A DNA stretch of 64,000 nt from the human T2T-CHM13v2.0 reference genome, Homo sapiens, in the NCBI RefSeq assembly GCF_009914755.1, contig NC_060940.1; one strand, 5' to 3'. Below the pieces are notes generated by a model. That model made no database searches. It was not told the DNA's origin and saw only the letters and a program-made list of their open reading frames with translations. The position numbers and the translations under genes were made by a program. Of the stretch, positions 54,685 through 64,000 are shown piece after piece (position 1 is the stretch's first letter; the number at the start of each line of letters is the position of its first letter).

Positions 54685-54890
54685 CAATAGTGGTGTACTG
54701 AGGGCTTATTATGTGTGTTAAACATTTTGTGTACATTACTTCTAATAAATATATGTGATAGAATAATATCTCTACTTTACAGATGAGCAAACTGAGGTTT
54801 AGTGAGGCTGAATAGCTTGCTCAAGGACAACCTTTTCAAAAGCCCGTATGTATCTGATGCCAAACTATTCCCTTTTTAACTGACCAGACT
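54685..54890 (-). mobile_element. MIR
   Basis: 'ctttacagatgagcaaactgaggtttagtgaggctgaatagcttgctcaagg'. Confidence 0.8.
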
Positions 54891-56320
54891 GCCTCTCCAG
54901 CCCACGCTGAAGAACACATATCTATCTAGTGCTAGCCCACATGAAAGGAAGGTCACCATCCTGAGGCAATGTGATCCAATATCAGTCATATGTTCAGTCA
55001 GACACAACCTTAGAGTGAAACCAAGTTGCAGCACATACAAAACCAAGAGACTTGGTTGAATGAAGGTGTTTTCTTCAGTGAGTCTCTATAGACAGTGAGG
55101 TCCTAGAGAACCTGAAACCATTTTAGAAGATAGGTCAATAAGACAAAGACCAAAGCTCTGATTCTTTGTGTCACCCAAGTGACCCACATGATGATCTTAT
55201 GATTCTGATTAAATAGTACGATGTCATTTTATCCCCAAGTATGTTCCAGCACCAGGCAGCCTCTAGGTCCCTCTGAGTAGGCAGACTTTGCATTCCAGTG
55301 ACAGACATCATTAAGAAAATATTTCTACTCTCCAAACCAGAGGGAGGAGAATGCTGGAATTTATTATCTCCTTATGCTTAAACACATCCCAGAACAACTT
55401 AATAAGGCAAAAATTCTCCCCATTTTACAGACGAGCAAATTGAGGATTAAAGAAGATTATGCTTTCCCCATGGTTCAAAGCTAAATCTGAAATTATAAAC
55501 CTGCCTCTCTGGACTCCAAAGCCAGTCTTATTCTAACACTGTTCCTTCCTGACTGGTTCCTTTTAGCATTCAGATCTCCTTGGTGTTAAGCCAGCGAAGA
55601 ATGGCTCTCCCCCCACAAGTTGAGCATAAACTCTGAAGAGCTTAGTTTAGCCCTCTGGGAGGTATTCTCTCTTGGATCTCTGATGCAGAGTTTGGTTGCA
55701 AAGTTGGATCCATGTATGAGGGAATGACGCTGCTGGGGATTGGTGGAGAGTCCACTGGTCTGACGCCAGCTGGCTCAGGGGACCATCTCTCCTCCCTTTC
55801 CTGGAGCAAGCAGTGTTATGTCTGGCCATGCTTCTCTGCTTTGATGCCCATTTCCACAGTCATTTCAAGTCTTCCCACTCCTCAAACTGAGCATTTAGAC
55901 TCTCATGGATCACCCCTTTGATATTTCTAGCCACGTAGCTTCAGCTTCAAAAACAAATCAGGAATGACATTCTGTGACTATATTTTCAGCTATAGCTCAT
56001 AATTTGGTTTAAAACTTGTCATTGTCTAAGAAACATATCCCTGTGCAGAGAACCCGTTGGACACCCGGATGAAATTGACTAAATAAAAGCAGTTTCACTG
56101 AACAATTTGCAAATATCACTGCTTCTTGCCAATCCTTTTTGGCAAAACTGTCTTCAGTGACTCGAGAGTTTTTCCAGCCTGAAAGAAATTTGAGTTACCT
56201 TATGCTTTCCTCTCTACATTTTTCTGATATAATACTTCCATTAAAGCCACATGTCTCAGACAATGGAAATATCATTTAGCAAAACACTAACATTAATTTT
56301 GCAGGAGATATTATTCAGTA

Positions 56321-56627
56321 TTTTGTTGTTGTTGTTTGTTTTGTTTTGGGACACAGTCTCACTCTGTCGCCCAGGCTAGAGTTCAGTGGCGTGATCTTGG
56401 CTCACTGCAACCTCCACCTCCCAGTTCAAGCGATTCTCCTGCCTCAGCCTCCCAAGTAGCTGGGATTACAGGTGACCACAGCCACACCTGGCTAATTTTT
56501 GTATTTTTAGTAGAGACAGAGTTTCACCACGTTGGCCAGGCTGGTCTCAAACTCCTGATCTCAGATGATCTGCCCACCTTGACTTCCTAAAGTGCTGGGA
56601 TTACAGGCACGAGCCACTGCTCCAGCC
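56321..56627 (-). mobile_element. AluSx/Sz
   Basis: Full antisense Alu with (TTG)n tail. Confidence 0.95.
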
Positions 56628-58009
56628 TCAGTTCTCCACCCCGCCCCCGCCACAGGAAGATGGACCTAATTTTAGAGCCAAAAGCAATATTCATTAAAGA
56701 TAGTTTGCACAGCACAGTCAAGGTATGCTTGCACTCGTGTGGTGATAGGCAAGAAGGAGTTACTTGAGCCATATTTCCTGAGGAAAAATGATGAGGTATT
56801 TTCTGTCCCATCAAGGTTGAAAGTGCAGGAAGGGTCTTTGGGATAGGAAAGAAATAGGGCAGGAAGTGTAATTGTGAAACTCCTGGCATGGACATCAACA
56901 GCCAAGGTTTCTAGTTTAAATCTAACTAACAATGGGTAGTGTTTTGTTATAAATTAAATATGAAGATATGCTCACAACATTAAGCAAAATTAAGTTAAAA
57001 TTTAAGAAGGGAATTTACAGAAAAGAAAAGAAAAGAAGAACTAGACAAAAATCACAGCCCTTGTGGAGCTTACATTATTTCTTAGATGAGTCACTTGGCT
57101 AGTTTAAGACTTGGAATTTTTATCTATAAGATTGGGTGAAGAGGAAGAAGCACAACCTAAATTAGTACTTCCGTGACTGTGTGCCAGACCCCACACGAAA
57201 CTCAAGACAATATGTCATTAGCCCAATTTTCCACTTGACAAACACCATAGCTCCTTCATTTACTCATTATTTTGAGACATATTTTAGTGGCACTTATTCA
57301 GGGAAGCCGCCATTAAGGAATAAAACAATCCCTTTCCTTCCTTTACAAAGCTGCTAGTCTACTGGCTGAGATCACATGTGAACAGCTGGACCAGGAAGTC
57401 TGGACTCCTCCCAGTGCCCTGTTGTAGTGAGGACAGTCTCCGTTGAGGCCTGATCTTCAAGCATAATTACTACTGGCTAGTGTGCTGGTTTGGATGATCA
57501 GTTATATGCTTACCCTCCCCAAGATTCACAGGGTTTCTTCGAGGACTTAGAGCTACACTATTTTTTCGGAGACCCAAGTGAAACCAGGCCAGGAAAACAG
57601 CCAAAAGTTTCAGTCCAACAGATTCTTTAAAAGTTTCTGGAATAAACACTTTGCTGGCCCATAGGAGACATAAAAGTTTGGAGCTTTTAAAAGGTGCTTA
57701 TGAGACAATCTAAGCCAGAATGCTCAGCTAACAGATGAGAGGAGAGGCCCAGCTCAACATGAATAAACAGCAGACCCATGGAAATAACCAAGTTTTCTAC
57801 ACTCCTGTCCATTCTTCCCTCAGTCTTTTTAATGTCTCCATTTGAGCATGGTCATCAAAAGGATGCGTAAGAGCAATGGAGTACGGGAATCTTGCAAGAT
57901 GGTGCTGTCGGTACTTTGAGGGCATTTCTGCAGGGAGAGAAAGAACCAAACTTCCCACTGAAGAAGAGTCTACAAGACTAACCTGCTTTCCTTCATTCTT
58001 TCAGTTCAC

Positions 58010-58325
<316 letters not shown>

Positions 58326-59189
58326 TTCAATTTGCTTTTAAATTATTAGTTTTTTTCTTTTGCAAAAGTACGGTGAGTTTTTTTTGACAGTAGAATACAT
58401 ACTAAAATGTAATTATATAGATATATAATACATATCAAACCCCTAATTCTACCACAAACAGATAAGCCTGATTAAACTCCCAGGGATATATCCTGACAGG
58501 CATTAACTATGCTTACATATACTTTGTTACTATAATAAGATCACACTGTTCATATTATTAAGCAGTCTTTTTTTTTTTTTTAATTTGTTGATTTGTTTCT
58601 AAACCCATTTGACCATATGTCTCATCTTACTGGTATGGTTCTTTGAGTCTTTGAAAGGTGATTTGTGGAGGACAAGAAAGGCTTTGTAGGCACTCCCTGC
58701 CCTCATCCTTGGAATATCCCTTCCCCGATCTTCTCCTGATGCCAGGAATTCCATTAGCGAGTCCGCATGTGTGTTGATGCACGGATTAGCAGGCAGATGC
58801 ATGCAGGAGAGGTCGACATGAGGCCCTAATCAGTAATTGAAATCATAGCCAGTGTAGCTGATGGGATCCTACTCAGCAGGCAGCTGGAGAGGAGGTTTCT
58901 GGCAGGCGGGAGAAAGGACCCAGAATGGAGCGTGATTTGTGTGTCACTAGGAGGAAAGTGAAGCGAGAGCTCCAGATACTTCTCCTCTGGAAGCCCAGCA
59001 GGGGAAGGTGAAGGAGCTACACGAAATATTTGAACTTAGAAACTCCAAAAGGAGGAGCCCAAGAGAATGCAGAGTAGAGGAAAAACAAACAAACAAAAAA
59101 CCCAGAAAACTCACCCTGCCAAGAGGGAACCTTTCATGAGTGCCCTCAGCTTTGTTATTAAAATTGCAGTCATAATAATATTGCTGTTC

Positions 59190-59800
59190 ATATCATTCAT
59201 TCATTTACTGATTTGGTGGTTTATTTGCCACAATTTATGCAAAGCCTGTGGTGTGCCAGGCATTTCCCCACATGCTGGCTTGAGCTAATGAGCACAGCAG
59301 ACATGGTCCTGCCTGATGCCATGCTGACAACCCAGTGCTGAAGTTGGACTTTTAACACACAGACACACAGATAATTACATAATTAAAACTCCTTATAAGT
59401 GCTAAGGGTAAAGGAGGGAAATCACAATGTCTTATAAGACAGAATAACAGAACAAGACATAACTTAGACTGCAGGGTCAGGATGGCCTGTTGACCCAGTG
59501 ATATTTAAAGGAAATCTGCAGAATGAATAAGAATCAAGCAGTCAAATCCACAAGAAAGGGCTCTCCAGGGTGTGAAGAGCCTGAATAAAGGCCTGGAGGC
59601 AGGAAAGAGTACAGCTCAATGGAAGGTCAGAAAGTCTGTTTAATGTGGCTGGAGTTTCTCCAGCAGTTAGAGGGGTAGGTAGGGGTGAAGGCCCTATAGG
59701 CTCTCTGTTAAGGATTTTTGGTGTTTGAAGAATTTTCTGCAGAAAAGTGACATTTCTCAATTTATTTATTTTTAAAATAATTCTAACTATGGAGAATTTT
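59190..59800 (-). mobile_element. L2 remnant
   Basis: 'tcattcattcattt...tgtgccaggcatt...acagcagacatggtcctgcc...aaaggcctggaggcaggaaagag'. Confidence 0.8.
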
Positions 59801-60044
59801 TATCCAATACATTCTTCACTTATTTCTTGTTCATTACCACTCTATAAGCAAGATAAGAAAATAAATACCTATTTAAAAAAAAAAAACTAGAATATGGGTG
59901 TTATCTCTCTGAGTTTAGTCATTACTCCATGGAAATTTTCTGAAATTCTGAAAAGGTAGATCTATTCTCAGCAAGGCCAAAGTTGTGCTTCTGCCTAAAT
60001 AATGGCTCATATTTCTGGAACACTTATTATTTGCTACATGTTTT

Positions 60045-60102
60045 ATTGTGCACATGTACCCTAGAACTTAAAATATAATTATATATATATATATATATAT
60101 AA
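60045..60102 (+). mobile_element. Minimal L1PA 3' terminus with (TA)n-converted tail
   Basis: 'attgtgcacatgtaccctagaacttaaaatataat' matches the last ~35 nt of L1PA; sits inside an antisense MIR. Confidence 0.8.
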
Positions 60103-61467
60103 AAGAAATTTGTATAGATGTTTCTCTTTTAATTTTTTTAAAATGAAATTCTTATAGCAACCCTATGCAGGAAATGTGATTATTCTTATTTGACAAACGA
60201 GTGTCTTAACAGACTCACTCCATCCCCACAATAAAGCAGAATCCCTTTACCTGGACTCTGTGCTACTGCTAATTTTGCTTCAGGCTATTGTCCCGGGAAG
60301 CCCGTGGGTCCAAATGTCTCGTGCATTCCTAAAATGGTTTAAATCTGGGCTCAAATAATTTGAGCTACAGGTCAGACTGTGGACCTTTAAAACAGCTTTC
60401 TCATCTGTCTAGAGAAAGTACTTCAGTATGTGAGGGGAAGTTTCTGGGTGTCTAGAAAACCTTATCAGGATTGGGGGATGCTTATCAGCTGCTTTTGTCT
60501 ACTGCTGCCTGGGCTCCAGTGACAGCTGATGTCTTACAAAGGGATAACGTTGGTTGGGGATACTCACTGACAGCAGCAAGACTGGCAGTAATCTCAACCT
60601 TTGCCTTCAGACTAGAGCAGACCTCATCAATCAACCTATCCATCAATGTATGGGTACCTGTTAAGACGTTCAGGATCCAGTTGTAAGGTAATACTTAGGT
60701 TCAACAGAAAAATACCATTTCCTGGATAGCAAGGCAAACATTCTTGCAAGGGAAAATGAAATCAATTTATACTGTTCCACTTAACAATAATTAGAAAAAA
60801 TATGAACTGCAAACAGTAAATTACAAAACAACCTAAGCAATTCTAAAAAGACAATTTTAAAGAAATAACTGTTTTTTTTTCAGTGTTTTCCACAAGATCT
60901 CTGTTTGTTGTGTGTACACACACAGATATGCAGATAAGCCCACGGGATCTCAAACTGATTTATATAGATGGTCATCACTTCAATTCTATAAATTTTTCTT
61001 TTTGTACAAATTAAGTCTAGGGGGACACATAAAACATATCAGTTATTTGGGTGTTTACTTTTATTAATAACATTTATATATATTCAATTATAGTTCAAAA
61101 ATAGTCTGGGATAAGTTGAAACAAAAATTTTAAAGCCCTACCTGACAAATACAACAGATTTTGCTATTCTGGAAAATTGCAATTTTTTTCTTCATCATAC
61201 TTTTTGAACTTTTATTGATTGTTGTTCAAATAGAATGCTTGTTCATAAATCAAAATTCAGAAAAGAGTTTAAGAACAAAAGGTGCAACTAGACCAAAATG
61301 CAAATAAAGCTATTTTCAGAGGTAATATATTTTTTCAGTCTGTTAAATCTATGCATTTGTTAATGTAAGCATTAAAATGGTATATAGATAACTTTTACCT
61401 TTGGCCACTTATCAAGTTTTATTACACTGACACTTTTCTATGTTGTTATATTATTATTAAAAATATC

Positions 61468-62160
61468 TTTTTAGATATTAGTCCTTTGTCAGATGTACAG
61501 ACTATGAAAATTTTCTCCCACTCTGTGGGTTGTCTGTTTACTCTGCTGATTGTTCCTTTTGCTGTACAGAAGCTCTTTAGTTTAATTAAGTCCCACCTGT
61601 TTATCTTTGTTTTTGTTGCATTTGCTTTTGGATTCTTGGTCAAGAAGTCTTTGCCTAAGCCAATGGCTAGAAGGGTTTTTCTGATGTTATTTCTAGCATT
61701 TTTATAGTTTCATGTCTTATATTTAAGGCCTTGGTCCATCTTGAGTTGATTTCTGTATAAAGTGGGAGATGAGCATCCAGTTTCAATCGCCTACATGTGG
61801 CTTGCTAATTATTTCAGCATGATTTATTGAATAGGGTGTCCTTTCCCCACTTTACGTTTTTGTTTGCTTTGTTGAGGATCAGTTGGCTGTAAGTATTTGA
61901 GTTTATTTCTGGGTTCTCTATTCTGTCCCATTGGTATATGTTCCTATTTTTACACCAGTACTGTGCTGTTTTGGTGACTATGGCCTTACAGCATAGTTTG
62001 AAGTCAGGTAAACTCAAACTAATTAGCAAGAAAAAATCCCATCATAAAATGGGCTAAGGACAATTCTCAAAAGAATATATGAAATTGCCAACAAACATAT
62101 GAAAAAATGCTCAAAATCACAAATGATCAGGGAACTGCAAATCAAAACCACAGTGTGATA
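61468..62160. mobile_element. L1PB-like element with 5' inversion (antisense 61468-62008, sense ~62010-62160)
   Basis: Minus-strand ORF2 peptides LPDFKL...[10 protein letters not shown]...DRIENPEIN and [24 protein letters not shown]...EWEKIF, then sense 'aactcaaac...atcagggaactgcaaatcaaaaccaca'. Confidence 0.9.
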
Positions 62161-64000
62161 CGATATGTATACTATCATATCATATGTATGCACTATATAG
62201 TATACATATATACTATACTATAGTATATATAGTATATATACAGTGTATATACTATATACTATATAGTATATATTATATATATAGTATATATAGTACATAT
62301 AATATACTATATAGTATATATCCTATATATGGTATAATATACAGTATATAATATATACCATATATATTATATAATATATAATATATACCATATATATTAT
62401 ATAATATATAATATAAACCATATATATTATATTTTATATAATATAATATATTATACATTATATTGTATTATATTTTATATAATATAATATACATTATATT
62501 GTATTATATTTTATATAATATATATTATATTGTATTATATTTTATATAATATAATATAATATATATTATATTGTATCATATATTATCTAATTATATATAT
62601 TATATATGAATATTATATATATAATATATATAATATACATTATATATCTAATATATATTATATATAATAATATATAATTATATCTAATATATATATTATA
62701 TATAATATGTATAAAATATAAGTTATATAATGTATATATAATATATAATATATAATATATATAATTATATAAAATATATATAATTATATAAATATATATA
62801 AAATATATATAATTATATATAATATATAATTATATATCATATTATATATATTTATATATTATAAATGTATATTAATATATATATTATGTAATTATATATT
62901 AGATAATATATATTATATACTGTATAATATAGTATACTATACTATATATAGTACATATAGTATATATAATATAGTATGTATAGTACATATAATATAGTAT
63001 ATATAGTATAGTATATATAATACATATGGTATATATAGTATATATAATATGGCGTATATATAGTATATATAATATGGTATATATAGTATATATAATATAC
63101 TATGTTATTTGCTCCATGATTTATTTCTACATGTTTGTAGAAATAATATTTGTATACATATGCTTGTATACATATATTTTTGTATATATATGTTTGTGTA
63201 TATATGTACATATATATTTGTATATACGTATATATATGTTTGTAGTACATATAAATATATTATATATTATATATAATATATACTGTATAATATAGTATAG
63301 TATATAGTATAGTATATATAGTATATATATAGTATAGTATATATAGTATATATATAATATAGTATACATAGTATATATATAATATAGTATACATAGTATA
63401 TATATAATATAGTATACATAGTATATATATAATATAGTATACATAGTATATATATAATATAGTCTATATAGTATATATAGTATATATGCTATAGTCTATA
63501 TAGTATATATAGTATATATACTATAGTCTATATAGTATATATAGTATATATACTATAGTCTATATAGTATATATAGTATATATACTATAGTCTATATAGT
63601 ATATATAGTATATATACTATAGTCTATATAGTATATATAGTATATATACTATAGTCTATATAGTATATATAGTATATATACTATAGTCTATATAGTATAT
63701 ATGATATACTATACATACTAAACTATAGTATATATAGTATATATTGTATATAGTATATACAATACACAATATACTGTGTATTGTATATAGTAATACAATA
63801 CACAGTATATTGTGTATTGTATATAGTAATACAATACACAATATACTGTGTTTTGTATATAGTTTATACAATACACAATATATTGTGTATTGTATATAGT
63901 ATATACAATATACAGTATATTGTGTATTGTATATAGTATATACAATATATACAATGTAGTATATATTGTATATATAGTATATATAGGTATATAGTATATA
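62161..64000. repeat. Very long TA-rich low-complexity / minisatellite tract running off the window end
   Basis: Almost entirely A/T, with embedded 25-, 32- and 36-bp tandem units. Confidence 0.97.
63457..63702. repeat. 32-bp tandem minisatellite (ctatagtctatatagtatatatagtatatata), ~8 copies
   Basis: 'agtc' recurs at 63461, 63493, 63525, 63557, 63589, 63621, 63653 and 63685. Confidence 0.9.

Noticed and set aside
60290-61440. Processed pseudogene (CDS end plus AT-rich 3'UTR-like sequence)
   Set aside because: No recognisable protein in any frame and no poly-A/TSD pair; retained only as a candidate exon or promoter.
63457-63931. 32-36-bp periodic, partly palindromic repeats resembling CRISPR repeats
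   Set aside because: The units are directly tandem with no unique spacers, almost purely A/T, and have no cas genes nearby.
62273-63954. Tyr/Ile-rich ORFs
   Set aside because: Artefacts of TA-repeat translation.

Overview
This is primate, most likely human/hominoid, non-coding DNA from an intron or gene desert. It is AT-rich and dominated by interspersed repeats: Alu J/S, L1 of several ages, many MIR and L2 remnants, MER DNA-transposon fossils, MaLR LTRs and one minus-strand HERV-H provirus (15767-19549) bounded by a CCAGT target-site duplication. I cannot support any intact protein-coding gene, RNA gene or CRISPR array. The ORF track is almost all Alu, L1, HERV-H or low-complexity read-through. 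I do not see a clear new multi-gene biological system. Five structures are the most unusual. (1) A ~450-bp, ~92%-identical inverted duplication (21080-21530 / 23188-23640) brackets a 1.66-kb spacer with promoter-like motifs, a possible invertible segment. (2) The HERV-H has lost its 5' LTR, PBS, leader and 5' gag by deletion while the 3' LTR is intact. (3) A GATA/E-box cluster is followed by a candidate 77-nt exon (60611-60687). (4) An L1 shows a twin-priming 5' inversion. (5) A >1.8-kb TA-rich tract is built from 25-, 32- and palindromic 36-bp modules. Repeat subfamily calls come from recalled consensus features, and boundaries of old repeats are approximate.
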